A DNA stretch of 64,000 bases, from IMG/VR virus record IMGVR_UViG_3300031851_000014, positions 4,146 to 68,145 of that record, one strand, 5' to 3'. The stretch comes from a virus. The notes below the pieces were generated by a model. That model did not search any database. It worked only from the letters and a program-made list of their open reading frames with translations, and was not told the origin of the DNA. Both the position numbers and the translations under genes were made by a program. Of this stretch, positions 18,978 to 30,300 are shown piece after piece. How positions within the stretch are numbered: the first letter of the stretch is position 1; every line of letters begins with the position of its first letter.

Positions 18978-19465
18978 GAATAGTTACTGGAATAGGACCA
19001 CGAGTTGGAACCTCATTCACAATGAATTTTTTACGAGAGAACGGATTACCTATTGCTGGTAAGAAGTTTAACTACTATACCCCTAAGGATGAAAACCCCA
19101 AGGGATTCTGGGAGATTGACCCTCACATTGCTGAAGAGGGAGTTAAAGATCACATTTGGAAAAACATGTGTGTAAAGGTTTGGCCTGCCCTACTTTTAAA
19201 AACCCCAGTGTATAACATAGACAGGCTTATTATATTAGAACGTAAAGACAAAGAAAGACAATTAGCAAGTGTAAATAGAATTTATAAAAAAGAAAAAGAA
19301 ATAATTGACTTTGAATCTCCTTTTAATCCACCTACAGACATCATTGATTGGTCTAGATGGTGTCTTACTAGGGCTTTAGAAGAAGCTAATTATTCGATTA
19401 TGCACGTATATACAGAAGATATAGATAAACACTTAGATAAAATACTTTCTTTTATGGAGGATTGA
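18974..19465 (+). CDS. Sulfotransferase-like P-loop protein
   Basis: IVTGIGPRVGTS resembles the PAPS-binding loop G.PRSGTS; DENPKGFWE; LIILER. Confidence 0.55.
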   Translation: MRIVTGIGPRVGTSFTMNFLRENGLPIAGKKFNYYTPKDENPKGFWEIDPHIAEEGVKDHIWKNMCVKVWPALLLKTPVYNIDRLIILERKDKERQLASVNRIYKKEKEIIDFESPFNPPTDIIDWSRWCLTRALEEANYSIMHVYTEDIDKHLDKILSFMED

Positions 19466-19466
19466 T

Positions 19467-20114
19467 ATGGGCTACATACTGGCCGGTACGATGATTGCAG
19501 GAAGCGTCTTAGGAGGAATTGGAGGGCGGCAAGCTGCAAAAGATAAACGAGCAATGGAAGTTGCTCAGTATAATGATAGAACAATTAAAGAAGCTTGGAA
19601 CTCAGGTAAACAGATCTTTGGAGTCGCTAATGCTAATGCAATGAAGCGATTACAGAACCAAATGAATGCTGAACAAATGGCTAGGAATTATGCTAGAGGC
19701 CGTATGAATCTTCAAACAACTACAGAAGATAGACGGCAGGCTATGTCAGAAAACCAACGATTAACTGTTGCTGCTAATAATATTAGAATTACTCAGAAAA
19801 TGGGTACTAACTCAGGTACAGCAGAACGTATTCGTGAGCAAATGAAACACAAGGGAGCTAAGAACTGGGAGACAGAGTTCTTTAATAATCTTGATGCAGA
19901 AGAAACTATTAAAAAACAGTATCGGAATAATCTTAATCAAATTGATGACTCTATGCAGCAAGCAGATGGTTATGTACCCGGTCTACGGCCATCAGATCCT
20001 AATACAACATGGGCAATAATTAATGGCGCTCTGGGCGGAGCTGTAACGGGCGCACAATTAGGATCCTCTGCGGGTGGTTCTTTTAAACAAAGCGAAGGTA
20101 TCACCGGATGGTAA
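19467..20114 (+). CDS. Internal virion/ejection protein (T7 gp14-like)
   Basis: Gly-rich hydrophobic N- and C-terminal segments, helical centre, about 200 aa, first of three ejection-type genes. Confidence 0.65.
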   Translation: MGYILAGTMIAGSVLGGIGGRQAAKDKRAMEVAQYNDRTIKEAWNSGKQIFGVANANAMKRLQNQMNAEQMARNYARGRMNLQTTTEDRRQAMSENQRLTVAANNIRITQKMGTNSGTAERIREQMKHKGAKNWETEFFNNLDAEETIKKQYRNNLNQIDDSMQQADGYVPGLRPSDPNTTWAIINGALGGAVTGAQLGSSAGGSFKQSEGITGW

Positions 20115-20146
20115 CTAATACATATTGCGATATAAGGAGATAAACT

Positions 20147-23100
20147 ATGCCACCAAGGCCGACACAAAACGATCAAAGACAACAGATGGGTCGCATTCCG
20201 GGCCAGCTTGACCGGGTTCAAAGACAAACCGGTGAAATATATGATACTCCCGAAACACTTGATGTATCTCAACAAGGCCAAACACAGTTTAGTCAAAACG
20301 CTAGATCAGCTTTTGACACTGGACCTAATATGGCGTTAGAGTTATTAAACGCTATGGGAAAAACCTCTGAAATTTTTAACGAAATTAACAAAGCTAAAGA
20401 TAAAGGAGATAGAGAAGTAGCAGAAGACTTACAAATAGCTTCTGATAAAATTATTGCTAACCCCGATTTTGATGAAAAAGCTAAATTAACGCGTATAAAT
20501 GCTATTTACTCTATGGCAAAACCGTTAACAAAAAGATTTGAAGCAGTTTTTAGTAATCAAGCGGCTGGCGCACAGGCTAAAATTAACGCATTAAATGACG
20601 AAGATTTTTTAATGGATTGGGTTATAAAAACTGAAAAAGAAACTTTAGGTTATCCTGTTGTATCAACAAATCCTGATATCCCTAGCCAAGCAGAATTTAG
20701 AGAAGAAGCTGCAAGTGACGCTATAAAACGTTTTCCTAGATTAGGGAGTCAAATTAGTAACTGGCAAAAAGGAACAGAATTAAAAAGTTTAAAAGATCAG
20801 TTTAAAGTTATTTCTGATTTTACTGTTATGAACGCTACTATGGCATTAAATGAAATGGCGGCGGCTAACCCCGACTATTTTACTGGTCCTGAGGGAGGGG
20901 TAAGGTCTACAACTTTAGGTGTTATTCTAGATAGAGCAGCAGAAAATGGTATTCCTGCTAATCTTATTACTGATAGTCCCGCTATTATGCAAAACTTAGA
21001 TGCTTTAGTAAAAAATAAAACAATAGAAGTACAACAAATTGAAACTCTTAAATCTAATATAGGTACAGCACAAGCATCTCAAGAAAATATGTTTAACGGT
21101 GTTATGCCTTTTACAGATGCAGCAGGAACATCGGATTTATCTCCATCTCAAATGTTTGCTGCTTGGTCAAACGGAAGAAAAATTAACCCTGCTTTAGCAC
21201 CCGGTCAATTAGCAGAAAATCTTTATACTATTTCTACAGGTATTGATAATATTAGAAATATGCAGTTTGATGTTAAAGGTTCTGATGGGATGTTAACAGC
21301 TATTATGTCTTATCATCCTTTACAGTACCAAGGAAAAAACGTACAGAATTTAGTAAAGAAACTTAAAGAAGATCCTTCTTTATTAGATGTACAATTTAGA
21401 GCAGAAAACTCCGCTCTTATTCAGCAAACACTGGAGCAAACCTCAAATTTGTATCAAAACGATTTTAGAAGAAGTTTATCTCCAGCAGAAGCAGAAGCGT
21501 TAACTTTAAAGATTGGTAGTGTCCAATCAATGTTAGACCGTCCTGTACGCCCTCCCTCATCTAATGATCTTCCAGATGTAAGAGAAACTTATATTGAGCT
21601 AGCATTAACTACTGCTAACCCAGATGATAATGCAATGCAAACAATGAATAATATTAGTACTTTAGTCCAAGCGGAAATTAAAACTAGGCTTAAAGAAGAT
21701 AAAAAAGGTAATGTTACTTCTGTAGAAACAAAAGAACTTATTGATCTACAGAAAAAAGCTAACTGGTCATCTACAGAAACACCTACTGAAGAAGAAAAAA
21801 AAGCTAGGCTTATCCTTAATTCAGATCCTAGATTTAAAAGCAAGTATTCAACTGCTACTGAAATGAATGACGATATTGCGTCTAATGCTAAAATTATGGG
21901 AAACCTTAACACAGGAGTTGATTTAACAACAGATCCATTAGGAGGAGACTTTGCGATAGCTCTTGATCTTATTGCACAACGCTTTGAACCTAAAGATGTT
22001 TATAATCCTCTTCAAGAATTTTTTGAAGGTAAAGATATTAACAAAGAAATGTGGAATGAGTTTTGGAAAGCACCAAAAGATAGTTACGATTCAACTGCTG
22101 TTACTGCTCCTATTCAATCTACTGTTAGAGATCTTGATAATTTACTTTTAGATTATCCTCAAGAAACGCAATTTAGAGATATAGTAGATGAGTATAATAA
22201 CTCGGATCCTAACACCGATAGAGAAAGTCATTTCTTGAGAGAGTTTGATGATTTAATTACAAAGCTTGATGACCCTAAAGCTGACGATGAGCTTAGTCCT
22301 TTAGTGTCTCAATTAAAAGGTATACGTCGTAATATGATTAAGACCATATCTCAAAACATTGCTAACTCTTCTAGCCTGTTTACTATTGATCCAGATACTT
22401 CAAAACTTACGTTATCTAAAGATAATAATGTAGTACTCCCATTTCTTTTAGCTGATACAGGCAATCAAGTGGCTGCTGCTGGTAGAGTTAACGGAGACTC
22501 AGCATCGTTAATAGTTACAAGAATGGAACAAGTTACTGATGAATTAAAAAACGTAAAACCAGAAGAAAGAGAGCAGTGGTTTACAGATAATCAAAGAACT
22601 GTAGCTACATTACAAACTTTATCTTCTCTTAATAACTCTCCTTTAATGGCAGACCAATCTGTTAGAAGATCTGTATGGAAGTTTACGGGGGCTATGTTAA
22701 ATTTAAATGATACAACTGTAAAAATTCTTAGTGACTCAACAAGTCCAAGAGACATGGCAATTTCTGGTGGTTTACAAGACAGCTTAGAGTGGATTTTAAC
22801 TGAAGGGCAAACAGAATCAGGTTCTCAAAATATCGGTAATTATATTACTAGAGTAACTAATTTTGTTTCTAATTTAGGTGATACAGGTGTTGTATCTGAA
22901 ATTACCCCTACTCCTATGGTTGATCTTACAAACCCTTTGGTTAGAACTGTAGATCCAAGTCAAAGGTCTGGACCAATTATGAGAAATGTCCTTAGGCAAT
23001 TTTCTCAAGTTACTCCTTGGGCCGACGAAGAAGTACATCAAGTTGATCCTGTTGTAACTCAATTGGGTGGTTCTGTGGATAATTTAAACGAAGCTGAATT

Positions 23101-24373
23101 AAAGGAATTTCAGGCAGTACATCTTGATACATATTACGATGTTCTTTCTAGTTATAGCAATGGAAATTTACTTAATAAGGCTATAAAATCTGGTGAATTA
23201 TCAACCGCAGTTCAAAACGGTTTATTAGCTTCTAATACAGACCAACGTGATGCTCCTTCTCCAACGGCTGATTTTATAACTAAACAAGCACAAACCGAAG
23301 GAGTCGGAGTCGTTATGGCTGCGTTGCCTACTGATATTGAAGATACAACTGTTACTAGTGCTGTACCTACACCGATGATAGATGGAACGGAAGCTAATAA
23401 TAATCTTATGGGTATTCCTTTAAGATTAGCTCCATATAAACCGGGTGCTGGATTACCTCCTACTGCTACTAATATTAAAGTTAATAACCATTATTGGAAC
23501 CGCATAAATACAACTTTAACTGACAGCACTAACGGCACTATTACAAGACAGCAAGTTAATCAAGCTTCTATTCTTGGTTCTGTTAACGCTGCGTCTAATA
23601 CGCAAGAAAGTCTTTTACAACGTACTAATGAATGGAAAAGCCTTAATGATGAGTCATTACCAAGAGAGACTATAACAAGATTAGACAGAATTTTAGATAA
23701 AACTTTATACGAAAGAGGAGACGGAGTAATTCCTGTTACACAAATTAAAACAACAAGAGGAGATACCTCTCCTACTATGTTTGATAAACAAGTAGGTGTT
23801 AGCTATGAAGATGGACCATCTATGTTAGGTCTTCATACTTCGGCTGCTGTTCTTTCTTATTTAGAACATGCTTATGCTACCCAATCACCCGATGATTTTA
23901 GTGCTACTATTAGAGACGTTGAAAAAAGACTTGAGCAACCTGAAACGGCAGAAGGAAATAAGATGATGGGTTACTCTAGTTATAATCAACAAAACGGTGA
24001 ATACGAGTTTTATTTATTCGGTGTAAGTGGTCAAGAGCAAAATAGAATTATAAAACAAAGCAATGAGACGTTTGGACCTATGGAATACGTTGATTACGCT
24101 ACTGATAGAGGTATTAGATCTTTTCGTAATTTTACACAAGAACAAGTAGGAGAAGGCAGTTCTTGGGGAAGAACAAGTAGATCACCTTTTGAATTTGATG
24201 TAAAAAAAGGATCAATGACAACCCAATATGCAACTAAGGCAGAAGAGATTCAAGGACGTAATCTTAAAGAAGTAAAAACAACCGTAAATACCGCTATAGT
24301 CGATGCAAAAGATCGTGACCCTAATAAAAATTATCCCTTCCCCACCCCTGATTTACCCCCTAACACACAATAA
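20147..24373 (+). CDS. Internal virion/ejection protein (T7 gp15-like position, 1408 aa)
   Basis: Synteny between gp14-like and gp16-like genes; helical composition; no Cys seen. Confidence 0.55.
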   Translation: MPPRPTQNDQRQQMGRIPGQLDRVQRQTGEIYDTPETLDVSQQGQTQFSQNARSAFDTGPNMALELLNAMGKTSEIFNEINKAKDKGDREVAEDLQIASDKIIANPDFDEKAKLTRINAIYSMAKPLTKRFEAVFSNQAAGAQAKINALNDEDFLMDWVIKTEKETLGYPVVSTNPDIPSQAEFREEAASDAIKRFPRLGSQISNWQKGTELKSLKDQFKVISDFTVMNATMALNEMAAANPDYFTGPEGGVRSTTLGVILDRAAENGIPANLITDSPAIMQNLDALVKNKTIEVQQIETLKSNIGTAQASQENMFNGVMPFTDAAGTSDLSPSQMFAAWSNGRKINPALAPGQLAENLYTISTGIDNIRNMQFDVKGSDGMLTAIMSYHPLQYQGKNVQNLVKKLKEDPSLLDVQFRAENSALIQQTLEQTSNLYQNDFRRSLSPAEAEALTLKIGSVQSMLDRPVRPPSSNDLPDVRETYIELALTTANPDDNAMQTMNNISTLVQAEIKTRLKEDKKGNVTSVETKELIDLQKKANWSSTETPTEEEKKARLILNSDPRFKSKYSTATEMNDDIASNAKIMGNLNTGVDLTTDPLGGDFAIALDLIAQRFEPKDVYNPLQEFFEGKDINKEMWNEFWKAPKDSYDSTAVTAPIQSTVRDLDNLLLDYPQETQFRDIVDEYNNSDPNTDRESHFLREFDDLITKLDDPKADDELSPLVSQLKGIRRNMIKTISQNIANSSSLFTIDPDTSKLTLSKDNNVVLPFLLADTGNQVAAAGRVNGDSASLIVTRMEQVTDELKNVKPEEREQWFTDNQRTVATLQTLSSLNNSPLMADQSVRRSVWKFTGAMLNLNDTTVKILSDSTSPRDMAISGGLQDSLEWILTEGQTESGSQNIGNYITRVTNFVSNLGDTGVVSEITPTPMVDLTNPLVRTVDPSQRSGPIMRNVLRQFSQVTPWADEEVHQVDPVVTQLGGSVDNLNEAELKEFQAVHLDTYYDVLSSYSNGNLLNKAIKSGELSTAVQNGLLASNTDQRDAPSPTADFITKQAQTEGVGVVMAALPTDIEDTTVTSAVPTPMIDGTEANNNLMGIPLRLAPYKPGAGLPPTATNIKVNNHYWNRINTTLTDSTNGTITRQQVNQASILGSVNAASNTQESLLQRTNEWKSLNDESLPRETITRLDRILDKTLYERGDGVIPVTQIKTTRGDTSPTMFDKQVGVSYEDGPSMLGLHTSAAVLSYLEHAYATQSPDDFSATIRDVEKRLEQPETAEGNKMMGYSSYNQQNGEYEFYLFGVSGQEQNRIIKQSNETFGPMEYVDYATDRGIRSFRNFTQEQVGEGSSWGRTSRSPFEFDVKKGSMTTQYATKAEEIQGRNLKEVKTTVNTAIVDAKDRDPNKNYPFPTPDLPPNTQ

Positions 24374-24384
24374 AGGAAAAAAAT

Positions 24385-27300
24385 ATGCCTATTAATTTCA
24401 GTAGTGAGAACTACTCTAAAAACGCAGTTGATTTTTATAACTCTGTTCAACAAGAAAAAATGAACGAGATTTTTAAAACACCAAAACTTTCCGATATTAC
24501 GGAACAATACGAACAAAGAGTTAAAAACACTTCCTTTGCACTTCAATATGGAATGGCCGCTGAAGCAGCTTTAGATGAAGAAGAAGCAAAAACGGTATCA
24601 GAAGAATACGACAATATTATGTACAATTCTTTTGCCCCATTTCGGTTAGATCCTAAGGAAGTTAACGAACGTATTGCTAGGGATAATAGAGAATCTTTAA
24701 GAATGATTAAAGTTGCTAACGAAGCGGGAATTGAAAATCTTCGTTTTGAAGGCGGAGAAGAGTTTAAAAAAACGATTCAATATGCTATGGCTTTCCCTTT
24801 AACAGCCCCTAATGTAATGAATAACCGTTTAATTGGATACGTACCTGATAACTTAGGAGGTACTTTCTATGACTTAAGCGAGTCGTGGTCTGAGGCTTCT
24901 TATACAAACGCTATTAATGCACATAAAGTAATGTCTATGTTTGGTCAAGTACCTGAGTCTGTATCACGAGGGGCTAGTATGACAATAGCCGACGATCAGA
25001 CAAAGGGATCTATTAAGATGCTTCTTGATATGATTAAAAAAGAAAACGCAACCTTTGATCCTAGTTACGATGAAAACTTTGTGTTAAGGCAATCAGAAGC
25101 AATGGCTTTAGAAGACAGTGTTTCTTGGAATAAAAACGCCGGATTTTTTGAAGGAGCGGGAAGGTTTCTTGTATCGAGTTTTGATACTTTAGGAGGAGCA
25201 TTTACTAACTTTGGAGATGATGGTCCTGTTTTAGATTTTCTTGGGTATAAAGATAAAATTTGGATGGGGGATAAAGAGACAGAAGGAATTAGAGATCTTC
25301 TTTTAAACGCCATTGAAACATCAGATAACTTGGATCCTAAAATTAAAGATTGGTTATCTAATAACCCCGATGTTCTTGATCTCTTAAAGAACTCATCAAA
25401 CGGTGCTGCTTTTACTGCTGGTTTAAATGAAAAACGTTTTCAATATAAAGCAGCGGTATTAGAACAAGAAACACAAGGTAACAAAACATTTGGAGCTTAC
25501 GCAAAAATCTTTGGTCATGGCTTTATGTTAGATCCTACTTTAGGTCTTGACATTGCTGCTACTATTGGAACAGGTGGTTTAAAAGCAGGTGGTATGATTA
25601 CTAGAGGGGGTCTTAGAGCAACAGGAAGGTTACTTTCTTTAGGTACTTCAAAACAGCTTGCGTCAAGAACTGGTTTATTAACCCGATTAAATAGGCAGTC
25701 TATTGCTGCTCTTACTAGAGAATCTAAATTTTTTAGGTTATCTAATTTTTTAAAAAAAGGTACAGACCAACTTAGTTTGTTACAGAAAGTTATGCCTACT
25801 CAGATTTTATCTGAATTATTAGTACCCCTTAGTAGACGATTACTTACTTCAGGTAAAGACGAGGGTGTTGATTTACTTACTTATTTAAAAGGTAATGACT
25901 ACCTGCCTAAATCGGTAACAGGTAAAGCTATGTACAGAGCTATTGCCGGATCGGTTGAAGGATTAGTTTGGGGAAGAATTGAATATTCTTATGCGGCTGC
26001 TTATGAAGATTCTTTAAATGTTGCTATGTTTGGTCAAGAACAAGCTGATGTTTTATCGTATATGAGAAACCAATCGGGAGCAATGACCCAATCTATGTTA
26101 ATGGGCGGTGTCATGGGCGGTCTTTTAGGACCAGCTATTGGTGGAACGTTTGATGCTGCTGGTGCAAGTGTTACAGGAACAGCTAATCTTATTAATAAGT
26201 GGTCAGAAGTAAGCCCTGATAACTGGCTTAATAAAACAACAGCATTTGCTGAAAAGAACTTTAACGAAAGAATCGCAAAAACATCTTGGTGGAATGTAAC
26301 TAAATCTATTATTAATGTAGCTACAGAAAATAATATGACAGCAGACGCACGACTTAGTGTAAATAAAGCTATTCCTAAAATTGAGTTTGGTCAAACTGAT
26401 GAATCCGCATCTAATAGTGCTAGAACGTTAGAAGAAAAATTATATCAATTATCAGAAAAATCACATAACTCAGGAGCTGTTAATTTTCAAAAAGCCGTTG
26501 ATGAAGTAGTTAATAGTATTCCCGAAGGTGAAACTGTTAGTGCTGAAGCTTTTACTATTAGAGTAGAAAACGCTTTAGTAAATCAAGTCCAAGATAGAGC
26601 AATAAGATTAGGTTTGCGTTATACTCTAGTTACAGGAACTGTTAAAACACTTACTGATTTTGAGAGTGACGCAAAAAGAAATGAACTGACTAACGATGGT
26701 AAGCCAGCAGAACCAGTAACAAAAACTGAAGGTAATGAATTTTCAGTAGAAGCTGAAAGATTAGCTGAAGTAAAGAAAACAAAAGAAACAGAATTAGCAG
26801 CCGAAGAAGAAAAAATTGAAAAATTAAGAGAAGCTTTAGCCGCTAAAAGAGAAGCCAACAAAAATAACCCAGACGAAGCAGATACTGAAGGTGTTGCTAA
26901 ATTAGAAGAAGAAATTAAAGAAGCTTCTACTACTATTGAAAATATGGATAAAGATATTAAAGAAGTAGGACTTCAAGTAGCTCAAGCAGCAGCAAACTAT
27001 GCAGCTACTAATAAAGAAAGCGTTATTACAAACCAAGCAGTTTTTAATAAACTACTTAAAGAAAAACTGTTAGACGATATCAATAAACAAGAAGATATGC
27101 ATCCAATTGCTGCTATGATGCTCTTTGGTATGGATGAAACTTTAGTAAGAAAAATGAAAAACGGAGCTACTCTAGAACAAAAAGCAGTGTTAGATAAACT
27201 ACTTGCTTTAAACCCTGATGATGCTCCATTAGATTCTAATGAGATTGCTTCTCTTAAAGATGTTATTGAAGATAATTTCTTAGAAGAAATCGGCAAAGGA

Positions 27301-30300
27301 GATGAAGTAGTTCCTCATACTTTATTTGATCAATTAATTAAAGAAGGTATTTCAACAGAGTCAGCCTTTAATGAAGCATATAACTTCTCGTTTGAAGAAC
27401 TTGCTGCCGATGACGCTAGAAGAGGACAAGCTATTCTTGTAGACGAAGAAGGTAATTCACTACTTACTAAAGAACAGCAGACATCACTAAATGAAGCTAT
27501 TGCAAAAGTAGCTGCTATTAGAGATAAAATTAATGAGGGTAATGTTGAAGATTTAAACTTTAATAAAGCAGTTCTTAATGAGTTAGCTGAAGCTTTGGGT
27601 ATTGAAAAGCCTAATAAGATTAAAGATAAAACAAAACTTGCTGCTAAAATTAAAGAAGCTTGGGACAATGCAACTCAAGAACAACGAGATGCGTATGACA
27701 ATATTATTATTGATAGAAACTTTACAGATGATATCTTTAAAAGTAAAGCGACTCAAAACATTGAAGCAGTCATTAGAGAAGCCGTTGAAGAACAAGCTGA
27801 TGATTTAGTTACACGAGAACAACAAAAAGCACGAGATGAAAGCGACGAGTATCAGAATACAACAGATGAAATTGACGAAGCTTTAGCACCGTTCAGGGAA
27901 CAGAAAAGAAATGCAGAAACTGCGCCTAATGCAGATAGGGCAAGATCTAATGAAGCAAGTACTAATTTGATATTACTCGGTTTAGTAGAAGCTAATAAAA
28001 TAAACGATATGCGTACACAAAAGTTTATTAATCTTCTATCAGAAGGACAATTTGGAGCAGCTCTTGAAATGCTTGTGGTGCGTGAAAGCGATGATCCACA
28101 GCAAATAAAAAACAATAAGTGGGCTATGGCTATGGAGAAAGGCATTGGAACGTCACTTTCTGTTAAAGAGATGATGGCAAGGGCTAGGGATGGTAAAGAT
28201 CCTAACGCAGCCCAGTATCTTCGGAGTGAACTTCCTAGAGCGTGGAGAGAAAGAGGCGATGGTCTTAAGATTAATACTATCGAAGTAGATGAACAAATTA
28301 AGTCCGCTAGAGACTATTTAGCGGAGAACGGAACAGATCAACAGAAGAAACATTTCGCTGCTTTAGAGAAAAAACAAAAGAGCCAAAGAGAAGCTATTGA
28401 TCGTATTATTGAAAGTAGAAGACAAGATATTATCGATAGAAAAGTTAGGCTTGCTGCTGAACGTGTTATAGCTGAGTCTAGACCAGCTATTGGATTTGTT
28501 AAACCTATCTTAAAAGCATTGCAGTCTATTAACGGCCATATTATTAGAGCTAAGAACAGCCCTAAAAATGTTACCGGTAGTATTGAAACTGAGTTTTCTT
28601 ACGATATTTCAATCAATAAAGAAGAACTTATTGGTGTTCTTAAAGCTAATAACTTATTGGGATTAATGCTACGAATTGATACTGAATCTGGGGCATTAAA
28701 TAAAAAAGTGGATTCTTACGATTCTAAAATTGTTATGAATGCTCTCCAAGATAAATTAGTCTCAGTAGCACCCGCTTTAAGGGATACTTTTATTCCCGGT
28801 TTACAACGAATTTACGATAATATGTATAACAATAAGATTGATGGAACAGGTCTCTATAAAGGAGATGGATCAATACGAAACTTATTAGATTCCATGGAAG
28901 ACGTATTAGATGAAGAAGCAAGTTTCTATACTACACAGTTTAATAATAACGGAGGTAGGTATTACGATAATAATAATGCTTATACTTTAGATGCTGATTC
29001 TTGGGATAGTGATTTTACTAGAGCTATTAATAGATTAGATTTTGGCGATTACTTTAATGATACTCCGTCAATTACCCCAGAACAAAAAGCAGCTCGTGTT
29101 TTAAATGATTTAAATGATAGTTTAGGGAATAGAAAACTTACTCGTCCTAACGAATTAGGATCAACAAGAGCAGCGTTAGGCCCAAAGAGAGCAGCACGAG
29201 CCGTTAGAAGCGCACTGTTAGGGGAAAAGGCTACTACATCTTCTGTGTCTGAAACGTCTCTCGTGGTCACAGGTGGACGCAGAGAGGCAAAGAGAACCTT
29301 GGGTGCTAATAGAGCAACAGGTATTCAAAAAGAAACTGATAGCCAGCTTATTAATATGTTTGATGAGTACGTTGTTCAAAAACGTCAAGGATATTTCTTA
29401 GATGATGATCTTACTGATGAAGACTTAGATGTATTAGAAAATTGGTTAGAGAACTTAAAAGTCAAAGATATTCCAAATAGAGTTAGAGCAGAAAACAGTT
29501 TGTTACCTACCCCTGTTATTAGATCTTTGACTGAAAAACTTCCTCAAAACATTAAAGAACGGGTTGAGCAAAATAAGATTAATATGCTTAGAAGCGATCC
29601 AGCTTTTATGTCTACAGTTCATGATGCTATTTTCCCTATGTTATCTTCTGAGATTAGTACAAGCGGACAACATTTTGCTTGGAACTTCTCAAAACAAGAT
29701 AAAGATGGGAATACTTTTTATCCCTTTAGGGGATTAGGATTTGGTTTCCCTATTGCAGATGCTAGGCCAGATACAATTAATGCTGCCTTAGCTGCTGCTA
29801 CTGAAATTACCTTTAATTACGAAAACTTAATTTCTACTGCTTTTGAAACATGGAAAAGCGGAAAGTGGCGTAGTAAACTTAAGCCAGAAACACGAGAAAA
29901 CGTCCCCGAAGATATGTCATTTGGTGAATTTTTCTTTGGTGGTGAAATTGAAAAGTTATCTGTAGAAGAACAAAAAGCTATTTCAGAAGAGTTGTTCCCT
30001 ACTATTGGAGAATTCGATGCTGATGCTTCTGGTAATAACGTCATGGTTTCAATTGTTAATGGCGTTGAAGGAGCAGGAGCTACTAGAGATTTCTTATCTG
30101 AATTAGTAAAAGAAGTAGATGCGGGTCGATTAGATGAGTTTTTAGAATCTAACTATAAAACATCTTATGAAAGAACTAAAGAAATTGTTCAAAATGATTT
30201 AAACGATCCTACTACTAGAGAAGCAGTTAAAAAGGCAGCTTCCAGAGGAGAGGCTAGTCCTGATCTTGATGAGGCTATTGAAATTTCAGCTAAAATCTTT

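Noticed and set aside
28920-28970. NGGRYY in the giant protein as the RNAP DxxGR motif
   Set aside because: It is about 350 aa upstream of motif A, much farther than the roughly 115-135 aa seen in T7/N4, and it is a weak match.
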